Source: Nocardioidaceae bacterium (GTDB lineage: Bacteria > Actinomycetota > Actinomycetes > Propionibacteriales > Nocardioidaceae). Taken from it: a DNA stretch of 64,000 nt. The notes below the pieces were generated by a model. It searched no databases. It had not been told where the DNA came from and saw only the letters and a list, made by a program, of their open reading frames with translations. Positions 20,463 through 29,399 of this stretch are shown here, piece by piece. The position numbers and the translations under genes were made by a program. Location of the stretch: the NCBI GenBank assembly GCA_035690425.1, contig DASSKO010000016.1, positions 1,175-65,174 of the forward strand. The letters are read 5' to 3'. The stretch's first letter is position 1, and every line of letters starts with the position of its first letter.

Positions 20463-20623
20463 CCCGAGCCGACGGCCGGCGGAAGCGCGCTGATCGAGGG
20501 CGGCTTCCGGGTCGATGTGCGGGAATAGCCATCCGGCAGGTATCGTTCTCTTACGAGACGATGAACATTTCGCCCGGGCCTCTTAGACGACGCCCGGCCC
20601 AGTTGCGCGAGGGGGTCGACCCT

Positions 20624-20815
20624 ATGGGGCGCGGCCGTGCCAAGGCCAAGCAGACAAAGGTCGCACGCGAGTTGAAGTATCGCAGCGTCGACACGGACTT
20701 GAGCGAGCTCGAGCGAGAGCTTCGCGGTGATGGCGGTGACGCCGGTGAGGTGAGCAGCGTCGGTGACGACGCGCCGGATGAGTACTCCGACGACGGCACT
20801 TCTCGTCGGCACTGA
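20624..20815 (+). CDS. DUF3073-family small protein
   Basis: 63 aa. MGRGRAKAKQTKVARELKY with an acidic tail, in the position after purM conserved in actinobacteria. Confidence 0.7.
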   Translation: MGRGRAKAKQTKVARELKYRSVDTDLSELERELRGDGGDAGEVSSVGDDAPDEYSDDGTSRRH

Positions 20816-20911
20816 CACCGGCCGCACACCACAAGTGGCCGCATTACCGACTGCCGCACCATCGACGCGTCACCGAATGTCTTGGTGGCGCGTCCGGCAC
20901 GCCGGGGTACG

Positions 20912-22036
20912 TCAGCGCGGGAGCCACACCGAACGAAGCCGTCCGACCTCGCTCATCCGGCGTTCGGCGAGCCGGTCAGCCGCCGCTGCGGCCGGCACGC
21001 CCTCCGTGGCCGCGAGCGCGAGGACGCGCTTGGTGGTGTCGAAGATCCGCTCCGCACGCGCCTTGGCGCGGTCGAACGAGAAGCCCTCGAGTTCGTCGGC
21101 CACCTGGATCAGGCCGCCGGCGTTGACGCAGTAGTCGGGCGCGTACAAGATCCCGCGCTGGTCCAGGCTCTTGCCGATGCCCTCGTGTGCCAGCTGGTTG
21201 TTGGCCGCGCCGCAGATCACCTTCGCGCTGAGCGCGTCGACCGTTGCGTCGCTGACGGCCCCGCCGAGTGCGCAGGGCGCGTAGACGTCGAGCCGGGAGC
21301 CGACCATCGCGTCTGTGTCGTCGACCACCGTGACCTCGGGGTGTGCGCGGGTGACACGACCGACGGCTCGCTCGTCGACATCGGTGACCACGACCTCGGC
21401 TCCGTCCGCACGCAGATGGTCGACGAGGTGCTTGCCCACCTTGCCTACGCCGGCGACCCCGACCCGCTTGCCGGCCAGCGTCGGGGCCCCCCACGCCACC
21501 TCGGCGGCGGCCCGCATGCCCTGGAACACGCCGTAGGCGGTGAGCACCGAGGAGTCACCCGCGCCACCGTGCTCGACGGTGCGGCCGGTCACGAAGTCAC
21601 ACTCGCGGGCGACGAGGTCCATGTCGGCCGAGAACGTGCCGACGTCGCAGGCGGTGTAGTAGCGCCCGCCGAGGGACTGCACGAAGCGGCCGTAGGCGCG
21701 CAGGAGTCCTTCGGACTTGACCTGCTCGGGATCCCCGATGATGACGGCCTTGCCGCCACCCAGGTCGAGACCGGCCAGCGCCGCCTTGTAGGCCATGCCC
21801 TTGGAGAGGTTGAGCACGTCGGCCAGCGCGTCGTCTTCGCTGTCGTACGCGTAGAAGCGGGTGCCGCCGAGAGCTGGGCCGAGCGCCGTGGAGTAGATGC
21901 CGATGATCGCCCTCAAGCCGGTCGCCTCGTCGGAGCAGTAGACGACCTGCTCGTGGCCCGGGTGCCGGCCGAACACTCCGCCGGGTACGTCACCGGTGGG
22001 CTCGGGGGAGGCGGCGGTGCTCGATGTCTCGGTCAC
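20912..22036 (-). CDS. Leucine/valine dehydrogenase (Glu/Leu/Phe/Val dehydrogenase family)
   Basis: 374 aa from GTG 22036 with GGAGAGAAGG upstream. [34 protein letters not shown] fold [13 protein letters not shown]. Confidence 0.88.
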   Translation of the reverse strand: MTETSSTAASPEPTGDVPGGVFGRHPGHEQVVYCSDEATGLRAIIGIYSTALGPALGGTRFYAYDSEDDALADVLNLSKGMAYKAALAGLDLGGGKAVIIGDPEQVKSEGLLRAYGRFVQSLGGRYYTACDVGTFSADMDLVARECDFVTGRTVEHGGAGDSSVLTAYGVFQGMRAAAEVAWGAPTLAGKRVGVAGVGKVGKHLVDHLRADGAEVVVTDVDERAVGRVTRAHPEVTVVDDTDAMVGSRLDVYAPCALGGAVSDATVDALSAKVICGAANNQLAHEGIGKSLDQRGILYAPDYCVNAGGLIQVADELEGFSFDRAKARAERIFDTTKRVLALAATEGVPAAAAADRLAERRMSEVGRLRSVWLPR

Positions 22037-22340
22037 GGTGGTGACACCTTCTCTCCAGTCCTGCGGTGCAGGGTGCCCACGGGGGTGGTATGGGTCACGT
22101 CCCCACGATAGAGCCAACCACGCCGACGCGGATCGCGACCGCCCGTGGCTACACGCGTGTAAGCCATGACGGCGAACCCTGCACAACCTGTACGGCGTGC
22201 GAGTACCCTGGGTGGTGCAGGTAGATCGTTCCAATCGTGATATCGACGGCCATAAGCCATGTGAGTGCTTAAGCCCGATATCGGCTGGTGCCTCGGGTGC
22301 GCCTACATCGGGCGGTCAGTCTTGAGAGGGAGGCGACCTG

Positions 22341-22583
22341 ATGACGACCCGAGCCACCGACTCGGAGCCCCTGTTGACCCCGGCTGAAGTGGCCGCGATG
22401 TTCAGGGTCGACCCGAAGACCGTGACGCGTTGGGCCAAGGCCGGCAAGCTGAGCTCCATCCGCACGCTGGGCGGACATCGCCGTTACCGCGAGTCCGAGG
22501 TCCGGGCGCTGCTGACCGGCATGCTGCCGGAGCGGCCGCCGAGCGACGATGCCCAGTCGTCCGCCCAGCCGTCCACCCAGTAA
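22341..22583 (+). CDS. bldC: BldC-type MerR/excisionase-like small DNA-binding regulator
   Basis: 80 aa. [50 protein letters not shown] is near-identical in pattern to Streptomyces BldC. RBS GAGAGGGAGG. Confidence 0.85.
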   Translation: MTTRATDSEPLLTPAEVAAMFRVDPKTVTRWAKAGKLSSIRTLGGHRRYRESEVRALLTGMLPERPPSDDAQSSAQPSTQ

Positions 22584-22611
22584 TCGACCCAGTGATCGGC
22601 CCAGTGATCGA
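22552..22611. repeat. Five degenerate 12-nt tandem units (CCCAGnnnTCnn) straddling the bldC stop codon
   Basis: CCCAG recurs at 22552, 22564, 22576, 22588 and 22600. Units 3-5 carry in-frame TAA, TGA, TGA at the same unit position. Confidence 0.8.
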
Positions 22612-22710
22612 CCCGGCCTCTGGTTCCCCACAGAGAGCGCAGTAGTCCCTCAGCCGGCCGAAGTGCGTAGGCTGAGTCCGACCGCAGCGCAAGTTCGTGG
22701 AGGAGTGTCG

Positions 22711-23796
22711 ATGCCGAGCGAGGTCCGTGGAGTTGTGGCCCGAGCCAAGGGCGAGCCGGTGGGCGTGGAGACCATCGTGGTGCCCGACCCCGGCCCCGGT
22801 GAGGCGCTGGTGCAGGTGCAGGCGTGCGGGGTGTGCCACACCGACCTGCACTACCGCGAGGGTGGCATCAACGACGAGTTTCCGTTCCTCCTCGGCCACG
22901 AGGCGGCCGGCGTGGTCGAGGCTGTGGGGGAGGGAGTCACCGACCTCGCACCGGGTGACTTCGTCGTGCTCAACTGGCGGGCGGTGTGTGGCAAGTGCCG
23001 TGCCTGCAGCCGGGGCCGGCCGTGGTACTGCTTCGATACCCACAACGCCACCCAGCAGATGACCCTGGCCGACGGCACGGCGCTGTCGCCGGCGCTGGGA
23101 ATCGGCGCGTTCGCCGAGAAGACGCTGGTGCATGCGGGCCAGTGCACCAAGGTCGATCCGGAGGCATCACCGGCGGCCGTGGGCCTGCTCGGCTGCGGGG
23201 TGATGGCGGGGCTGGGCGCGGCGATCAACACGGGCAACGTTGGCCGCGGCGACGCGGTGGCGGTGCTCGGCTGCGGCGGCGTCGGTGCGGCCGCCATCGC
23301 CGGATCGCGGCTCGCCGGTGCCGCGCGGATCATTGGCGTCGACATCGACTCGCGCAAGTTGGACACGGCGACGAGGATGGGCGCCACCCACACGGTCGAC
23401 GCGTCCGGGCGGGACCCGGTCGAGGCGATCCAGGAGCTGACCGGCGGCTTCGGCGCTGACGTGGTCATCGACGCCGTCGGGCGGCCGGAGACGTGGAAGC
23501 AGGCGTTCTATGCGCGCGACCTCGCCGGCACCGTCGTCCTGGTCGGCGTACCCACTCCGCAGATGACGATCGAGATGCCGCTGCTGGACCTGTTCGGTCG
23601 GGGCGGGTCGCTGAAGTCGAGCTGGTACGGCGACTGCCTGCCGGACCGGGACTTCCCGATGCTCACCGACCTTTATCTGCAGGGCCGGCTGGACCTCGAC
23701 GCGTTCGTCACCGAGAAGATCGGCATCGAGGACGTGGAGGCCGCCTTCGACAAGATGCACCGCGGCGACGTGCTGCGTTCGGTGGTGATGTTCTGA
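22711..23796 (+). CDS. Class III zinc alcohol dehydrogenase, S-(hydroxymethyl)mycothiol dehydrogenase type
   Basis: 361 aa from ATG 22711 (RBS GGAGGAG). [13 protein letters not shown], second zinc cluster [18 protein letters not shown] fold [12 protein letters not shown]. Confidence 0.88.
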   Translation: MPSEVRGVVARAKGEPVGVETIVVPDPGPGEALVQVQACGVCHTDLHYREGGINDEFPFLLGHEAAGVVEAVGEGVTDLAPGDFVVLNWRAVCGKCRACSRGRPWYCFDTHNATQQMTLADGTALSPALGIGAFAEKTLVHAGQCTKVDPEASPAAVGLLGCGVMAGLGAAINTGNVGRGDAVAVLGCGGVGAAAIAGSRLAGAARIIGVDIDSRKLDTATRMGATHTVDASGRDPVEAIQELTGGFGADVVIDAVGRPETWKQAFYARDLAGTVVLVGVPTPQMTIEMPLLDLFGRGGSLKSSWYGDCLPDRDFPMLTDLYLQGRLDLDAFVTEKIGIEDVEAAFDKMHRGDVLRSVVMF

Positions 23797-24428
23797 TGGC
23801 CTCGCACGTGCGCATCGACCAGGTCGTCACCTCCGGTCAGTTCACCCTCGACGGTGGCAGCTGGGACGTCGACAACAACGTGTGGGTCGTCGGCGACGAC
23901 ACCGAGGCTGTCGTGGTCGACGCGGCCCACGACGCCGAGGCGATCGAGGCTGCGCTGGGTGGCCGGCGCCTGGTCGCGATCCTGTGCACACACGGACATA
24001 ATGACCACGTCAATGCGGCCCTGGACCTGGCGTCCCGGCAGGAAGCGCCCGTGCTGTTGCATCCCGACGACCGGGTGCTGTGGGACATGACCCATGACAC
24101 CGCGCCCGACGGTGAGCTCGGCCACGGACAGGTGGTGCGGGTCGGCGACGTGGCGGTCGAGGTCATCCACACACCCGGGCATGCCCCGGGCGCCTGCTGT
24201 CTGTACGCACCCGATCTGGGCGTCGTGTTCTCCGGCGACACCTTGTTCAACGGCGGTCCGGGAGCGACCGGCCGCTCCTACAGCGACTTCGGCACCATCG
24301 TGGAGTCGATCGAGCAGCGACTGCTGACGTTGCCGGAGCACACCCGAGTGCTCACCGGCCACGGCGACGAGACCACCATCGGCGCGGAGGCACCCCACCT
24401 GCAGGAGTGGATCGACCGCGGCCACTGA
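23796..24428 (+). CDS. MBL-fold metallo-hydrolase (partner of the formaldehyde dehydrogenase)
   Basis: 210 aa, ATGA overlap with the preceding gene. HxHxDH motif CTHGHNDHV. HTPGHAPG. Confidence 0.8.
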   Translation: MASHVRIDQVVTSGQFTLDGGSWDVDNNVWVVGDDTEAVVVDAAHDAEAIEAALGGRRLVAILCTHGHNDHVNAALDLASRQEAPVLLHPDDRVLWDMTHDTAPDGELGHGQVVRVGDVAVEVIHTPGHAPGACCLYAPDLGVVFSGDTLFNGGPGATGRSYSDFGTIVESIEQRLLTLPEHTRVLTGHGDETTIGAEAPHLQEWIDRGH

Positions 24429-24445
24429 CCCGCCGTACCGCCCCA

Positions 24446-24531
24446 GCATTTGGCAAGGTACCCGGCCAAGTCGGGAGTCTCCCAGCGAAATCTCGCGAGG
24501 GAACTCCGCATTTGGCAAGGTACCCGGCCAA
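24446..24531. repeat. Two exact 24-nt direct repeats, each containing an imperfect 20-nt palindrome
   Basis: GCATTTGGCAAGGTACCCGGCCAA at 24446-24469 and 24508-24531. The palindrome TTGGCAAGGTACCCGGCCAA is centred on GGTACC. The repeats lie between two convergent gene ends. Confidence 0.85.
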
Positions 24532-24572
24532 ATCTGGCGAGGCGGGTCGGCGCGTACGAGGCCGCGCATGAC

Positions 24573-24604
24573 GAAGGCCCCCGCCCGAGTGGGCGGGGGC
24601 CTTC
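24573..24604. terminator. Stem-loop terminator shared by the convergent MBL-hydrolase and cspA transcripts
   Basis: Perfect 14-bp stem GAAGGCCCCCGCCC / GGGCGGGGGCCTTC with a 4-nt loop GAGT, 15 nt downstream of the cspA stop. Confidence 0.7.
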
Positions 24605-24619
24605 GCTTCTAAGCAAAGC

Positions 24620-24823
24620 TCAGAGGGGGCGGACGTTCTCCGCCTGCGGGCCCTTCGGGCCCTGGGTGATGTCGAACTCGACCTTCTGGTTCTCGTCGAG
24701 CGTGCGGTAGCCGCTCGACTGAATCGCCGAGTAGTGAACGAAGACGTCATCGCCGCCGTCTTCCTGAGCGATGAAGCCGAAGCCCTTGTCAGCGTTGAAC
24801 CACTTGACGGTGCCGTTTGCCAT
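24620..24823 (-). CDS. cspA: Cold-shock protein (CspA family)
   Basis: 67 aa. [15 protein letters not shown] (RNP1) and VFVHYS (RNP2). The ~220-nt region upstream is comparatively AT-rich, consistent with a long 5' leader. Confidence 0.93.
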   Translation of the reverse strand: MANGTVKWFNADKGFGFIAQEDGGDDVFVHYSAIQSSGYRTLDENQKVEFDITQGPKGPQAENVRPL

Positions 24824-25043
24824 TTTGCCTGTTTCTCCTAAGCAGGGGCGCTTGTCGGATCGCCACCTCGGCGATCCGGTTGATTCCGTTCACGACCCCC
24901 ACGAGGTAATACAACGTACGAGGAACTAAACGAAACTTCTCCCAGAGTACAGGATACGGGCCGCTTCCGCCTCCCCGGCCTGTCTGCGGGGTCACCGAGG
25001 CGCCGACAACGGCGGCGAATCGGCAGGATGACACCATGGCGGA

Positions 25044-25565
25044 GTGAGCATCCACAGCGAGCACCCGTTCATGCCCGCCGAAGCCGACCGCAGCCCGATT
25101 CGTCGACTGCGCGGCCGGTTCGGTGCCGGGGTCTCGGTGTGGGCCACCGGCGCCGGCCGTGACCGCGCCGGTCTCACCGTGTCGTCGATGATGGTGGCCG
25201 ACGGCGAGCCCGGCCGCGTGCTCGGTCTGCTCGACCCCGACTCCGACCTGTGGGAGTCGCTGGCGACCAGCCGGTGTTTCGTCGTGAGCCTGCTGGGTTG
25301 GGATGACCGAGGCCTGGCCGAGGCGTTCGCGGGGGTGGCCCCGGCGCCGGGTGGGGTGTTCAAGCTCGGCTCGTGGAGCAGCACAGAGTGGGGCCCGGTG
25401 CTCGACACGGCGCTGGCGTGGGCCGGTTGCCGTCTCGTCGAGGGTGAGATGCGCACCGTCGGGTGGTCCGTGCTCGCCGAGGCCGTCGTCGAGCAGGTCA
25501 CGGTGGCCGACGAGGACCAGGCGCAGCCGCTGGTGCATCGTCGCGGCCGCTACCACCACCTGTAG
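25044..25565 (+). CDS. Flavin-reductase-like domain protein
   Basis: 173 aa. GVSVWATG...GLTVSSMMVA...CFVVSLL resembles the FMN-binding split-barrel flavin reductase fold. Weak, by-eye call. Confidence 0.55.
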   Translation: MSIHSEHPFMPAEADRSPIRRLRGRFGAGVSVWATGAGRDRAGLTVSSMMVADGEPGRVLGLLDPDSDLWESLATSRCFVVSLLGWDDRGLAEAFAGVAPAPGGVFKLGSWSSTEWGPVLDTALAWAGCRLVEGEMRTVGWSVLAEAVVEQVTVADEDQAQPLVHRRGRYHHL

Positions 25566-25636
25566 CTGAGGCAGAACTGCGATCTCGACGGGAAGAAGGA
25601 CAGACCTTCGCCACGAGATCACCAACCTTGCTCCGC

Positions 25637-26599
25637 TCAAGTAGGTGGAGGAGTCTGCGCCAGCCCGGTGGCGAGTGCGAAGACCAGCATCATCAGGACC
25701 AGCTCGCTGCCGGCCAACAGCACGATGTCCCGGCCACGCGCTCGCGGCCCCCGGCGCACCACGTGCCGGCGTTGCATCGCGCCGAAGGCCACGAGCGCGG
25801 CCAGCACCGCCGACTTCAGCAGCACCACCACGCCGTACCCGTCGGCCAGCAATTGCTCCCACGACCCGACCCGGCCCAGCGCCGCGACCACGCCGGAGAT
25901 GCTCAGCGCGACGACGGCTGCCAGCGCGAGGGCGGAGTAGCGCGAGAGCACGCTGGCCCAGGCGTCTCGGTGCCGCAGCGCGAGCCAACCGAGTGCGACC
26001 AAGCCGCCTACCCACAGTGTGGCTGCGAGCACGTGGGCCACGATCGCCGCGCCGGCGAGCAGGGGCGAGTCCGCTGTCCGGGCATGGCCGGCGAGCAGGT
26101 CGGGGACCAGCGCCACCAGGGCCAGCGGCAGGACCAGTCGGGATCCTCGCCGCGCCGCGACCGCGGCTACTGCCGCTGCTGCGGCCTGCGCGAGCAACGC
26201 CCGCACCTGCACCGACTCCAGCAGCGCGCCCACGTCGCCGACCACCGCACGCAGCTGCAGCGCGAGGAGTGCGACGATCAGCAGGGTCAGCGCGACCCAC
26301 ACCCAGGCCGCCACACAACTCACCCGCAGCGCCCGGGAGTGCAGGCTGCTCTGGGCGGTGGGACCCAGGAACCCCCCGCCCAGCAAGGCGAATCCCACGG
26401 TGACGGCAGCGGCCACGTTGATCGGGTACGGCGTGAGGGCGAGGGCCCAGGCCACCAGCGCGCCGGCGCCCGGCAGCCCAGGCGTCGAACGAGGCGCACC
26501 GCCGCCGAGCAGCAGCACCAGCGTCAACGTGAGTGCACCCGCGACCAGCGCGCCCACGAGCAGTCCCGCAACGGGACGCACGAGGGGCCGGTCAGGCAT
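25637..26599 (-). CDS. copD: CopD-family copper-resistance membrane protein
   Basis: 320 aa polytopic protein from ATG 26599, 8-nt overlap (ATGCCTGA) with copC. Family assigned mainly from context and topology. Confidence 0.65.
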   Translation of the reverse strand: MPDRPLVRPVAGLLVGALVAGALTLTLVLLLGGGAPRSTPGLPGAGALVAWALALTPYPINVAAAVTVGFALLGGGFLGPTAQSSLHSRALRVSCVAAWVWVALTLLIVALLALQLRAVVGDVGALLESVQVRALLAQAAAAAVAAVAARRGSRLVLPLALVALVPDLLAGHARTADSPLLAGAAIVAHVLAATLWVGGLVALGWLALRHRDAWASVLSRYSALALAAVVALSISGVVAALGRVGSWEQLLADGYGVVVLLKSAVLAALVAFGAMQRRHVVRRGPRARGRDIVLLAGSELVLMMLVFALATGLAQTPPPT

Positions 26600-27140
26600 C
26601 AGCTGCCCCACCCACCAGCCGGCCGACGCTGAGCACGGCGAGACCGAGGGCGACCACAAGGCCGGCGACCAATGCCACGACGAGGCCGGTGCTCGGGCCA
26701 CCCTCCTCCTCCGCGGCGGGAGGTGGCGCGGATGCCGGCTGTGCCTGCTGACCGACCGTGAGCCTGAAGTCGACCGTGCCCGAGATCTGATGACCGTCGG
26801 CGGAGGTGACCTGGTAGCTCATCGTGTAGGTGCCCTTGACGAGCTCCGCCTCGCTGTCCAGTGGACGTGACAGCTGGTTGTCGACCACGTCGACCTCCCC
26901 GGTCGCGATGTCCGTGCCGTCCGGGCCGGTGACGCTCAGGGCAGCCGGCTGGCCCACGACCTCGGTGAAGCGCAGGTGGGCTACGTCCGGGAGTGTCTTC
27001 ACCCGGGCTCCGGCTGCCGGATCCGACGACGCCAGCTCGGCATGAGCGATGGCCGGTGCTGCGGCGACGACCTGGACGAGGAGCGCGCCGCCCAGGACGG
27101 CCGACAGCAGCGCCAGTGCGACGGTTGCTCTGCCCCGCAT
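26592..27140 (-). CDS. copC: CopC-domain periplasmic/extracytoplasmic copper-binding protein
   Basis: Signal peptide ending APAIA then HAELASSDPAAGARV (CopC N-terminal His site). TYTMSYQVTSADGH. C-terminal TM anchor. Confidence 0.8.
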   Translation of the reverse strand: MRGRATVALALLSAVLGGALLVQVVAAAPAIAHAELASSDPAAGARVKTLPDVAHLRFTEVVGQPAALSVTGPDGTDIATGEVDVVDNQLSRPLDSEAELVKGTYTMSYQVTSADGHQISGTVDFRLTVGQQAQPASAPPPAAEEEGGPSTGLVVALVAGLVVALGLAVLSVGRLVGGAADA

Positions 27141-27145
27141 GGCGA

Positions 27146-27844
27146 TCAGCTGCTCCGCCGCCGGGCGAGCAATGTCCACAGCAGCGCGACAGCTCCCAGA
27201 GCCAGCCCGCCGGCACCGAGCATGCGGGCCAACGCGTCGGCACCGGAACCGTCCGAGGCGGCGGACGCCCCGGACGCACTGCTCACCTCGGCGATCTCAC
27301 TCGCAGCGCCGAGCTGGAGGACCGGCGCCGGGCTGTCCGGCTCCTCCTCGCCCGTGGACACCTGGTCCCAGGCGGCGATCTCCCCGTCGGAGTAGGTCTG
27401 GATCACGGGCAGCGTCAGCGACTCGACGCCTTCGGGAAAGGTGCCGACCGACAGCTCGAACTCGGTGAACTGGTGGGGCTGCAGGCCGTGGCCCTCCTTC
27501 GCGGTCCAGGTGACCTCGGTGACTGCCTCGGTGATGGTGAAGCCGTCGGACTCGACCGGTTCCTCGAGCTTCTCGGTCGTGGTCTGGACCGTCCATCCGG
27601 CCAACGGCTTGGCGCTGACGGAGCGGAACGGCGTATCGGTCGGCAGCTGAACGGTCACCGACTCGGTGGTGGCGGTGTCGGACTCACTCGGGACCCGGAA
27701 GACAAGCTTGCCGTAGCCGCCGGGCTCGGCGTCGGGAGAGGAGACGGTGACGTGGGCACTGGCAGCCGCGGCGCCGAGCAACATCAGCCCGATGGTGACC
27801 GCGACGACTGCCAGGACACGGCGCATGCGCGCGAAGATATTCAT
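27146..27844 (-). CDS. ycnI: YcnI-family (DUF1775) copper-binding protein
   Basis: Signal peptide ending AASA then HVTVSSPDAEPGGYGKLVFRVPSE. C-terminal TM anchor LGAGGLALGAVALLWTLL. Confidence 0.8.
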   Translation of the reverse strand: MNIFARMRRVLAVVAVTIGLMLLGAAAASAHVTVSSPDAEPGGYGKLVFRVPSESDTATTESVTVQLPTDTPFRSVSAKPLAGWTVQTTTEKLEEPVESDGFTITEAVTEVTWTAKEGHGLQPHQFTEFELSVGTFPEGVESLTLPVIQTYSDGEIAAWDQVSTGEEEPDSPAPVLQLGAASEIAEVSSASGASAASDGSGADALARMLGAGGLALGAVALLWTLLARRRSS

Positions 27845-27909
27845 GGTGAAGTGTTCCCTTGCAGATAGGTGAATGCACCGGTCGTGCCGGTGTGGTGTTC
27901 GTCGTTCAC

Positions 27910-28464
27910 CTACCGTGGTGGCCCGCGGCTCCAGACGCTCGTGCCAGCATCGTGGCTGAGAACCGGGGCATCACCGCCGGGTACGGCGGCCTGCGGACGC
28001 CGCGGCGACAGCGACCACCAGGCACCGAAGAGCCGCAACAACCGCCGCCCGAGGAGGTCGACGACGGCGCGCAGCCAGCTCTCGCCGAACCGCAGGGCGA
28101 GGGCAGTTCCGAGCGCCGCGGCGCTGTGGGCGGCAGCCATCGGCGCCGTCAACTGTGGACCCGTGTGCACGGAGTGCACGGCGTCCGCGCCGCTTGCGCC
28201 GTACGCGGCGAAGACCTGATGGAACGTGAGCTGAGCGAGCGTCATCGCTGCGGCCAGCGAAGGCAGCGTCCACCGCCACCGACTCGCCACCGCGCACGTC
28301 CCGGTGACGCCGACGGTGAGGGCCAGCAGCAGGGGTAGGGCCGGAGTCGCGCCACCCGCCGAGACGTGTGCGAGCGCCCCGAGCCCGCTCGCACACACGC
28401 CCACCGCGCCGCCTCGGACGAGGCGCCACGCGCCTGTCGTCGAGACGTGCCGCTCGGTGGTCAT
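27910..28464 (-). CDS. Hypothetical membrane protein, first gene of the copper operon
   Basis: 184 aa, 4 or so hydrophobic helices. 65 nt upstream of ycnI on the same strand. No family recognised. Confidence 0.45.
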   Translation of the reverse strand: MTTERHVSTTGAWRLVRGGAVGVCASGLGALAHVSAGGATPALPLLLALTVGVTGTCAVASRWRWTLPSLAAAMTLAQLTFHQVFAAYGASGADAVHSVHTGPQLTAPMAAAHSAAALGTALALRFGESWLRAVVDLLGRRLLRLFGAWWSLSPRRPQAAVPGGDAPVLSHDAGTSVWSRGPPR

Positions 28465-28712
28465 GTGGCTAGTTCGGTGCGGCGCAGGGCGGGGACGGGT
28501 GCGAGATCACGCTTCACCCTAAAGCGGCTTCGACCAGGCGTACCAGCGTCGTAGGCTCGGTCGGTCTTCCCCTGTCCGCGTCCAGACGGTCACCGTGGGT
28601 CATCCGGGTTACTCCCCATTGCGGACGCCAGGTCGTGCGTCTCCCGCCTATGGTCGAGGCAACACGCAGCTCGGGGTGCTGCCGCCCCCGGGCGGCCAGG
28701 GGAGGGGACTTC

Positions 28713-29240
28713 ATGGAAGATTTCGAGCCCGCGGACGAACCGCGAACGGGCATGGAGCGAAGGGCGTTCCTGCAACGCGCTGCGGTCGTCAGTGGCGCGA
28801 CCCTGTGGGCCGCGCCGACCGTGCAGTCGATCATGACGCCGGCCTTCGCGGTGGGCAGCGGGCTGTGCCCGCCGGGTCATCTGGTGCGGTTCAAGTACGA
28901 CGTCAGCAACAACCGGTTCGACAGTGGTTCGGGGGGAGGCGTGCAGTGGTGTCTGCCCGACGGGTACGGCGACGCCGACGTCTCGGTCAGCGGCACCGGC
29001 AACTCCGCGTTGTTCACCGTCGCTGGCAGCACCTACAGCATCACCGTCACGCTCGCGGACGGCGGTAAGACGGCGTACGTGAAGATCCCGGCCACCAGCA
29101 GGATCGAGGATCTGCAGGCAAAGGCCGGTGACATGGTCAGCGGTGCGTGCGACGACTTCGAATCGCAGACGGGCGACACGGCCGTCGTAAGCCTGGGACG
29201 GAAGCGCATCTCCTTCGTGGTAGGCGTCATCTGCGTGTAG
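28713..29240 (+). CDS. Tat-signal secreted 4-Cys protein, paralog 1
   Basis: 175 aa. RBS GGGGAGGGG 5 nt before ATG 28713. Twin-arginine motif MERRAFLQ, h-region, AFA|VGS cleavage-like site. Cys in GLCPPGH, WCLPDGY, ACDDF and the C-terminal GVICV. Confidence 0.7.
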   Translation: MEDFEPADEPRTGMERRAFLQRAAVVSGATLWAAPTVQSIMTPAFAVGSGLCPPGHLVRFKYDVSNNRFDSGSGGGVQWCLPDGYGDADVSVSGTGNSALFTVAGSTYSITVTLADGGKTAYVKIPATSRIEDLQAKAGDMVSGACDDFESQTGDTAVVSLGRKRISFVVGVICV

Positions 29241-29399
29241 CACGTCGGTCGAGACCGCATTCCGGTCGGTCAGTCACCAAGGTGCCGCTCTGCGTGAGTC
29301 CGACTACTTCAGATTGTGGACGCGTCAACAAGCTGGGTCCCATACGTTGGCTAGGTCAGGTGCCTCGGATGTCTGAGGCTCTTGAGGGGAGGGAAGTCC

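Noticed and set aside
24450-24531. Reading TTGGCA...GGTACC in the repeats as a sigma-54 (-24/-12) promoter
   Set aside because: Actinomycetota are not known to encode RpoN. The spacing and the -12 TTGC element do not fit, and the site lies between two gene 3' ends.
28590-29243. 217-aa minus-strand ORF and 157-aa plus-strand alternative frame over Tat paralog 1
   Set aside because: The 28713-29240 frame has a strong RBS, a canonical Tat signal and a conserved paralog in the same frame next door. The alternatives have none of these.
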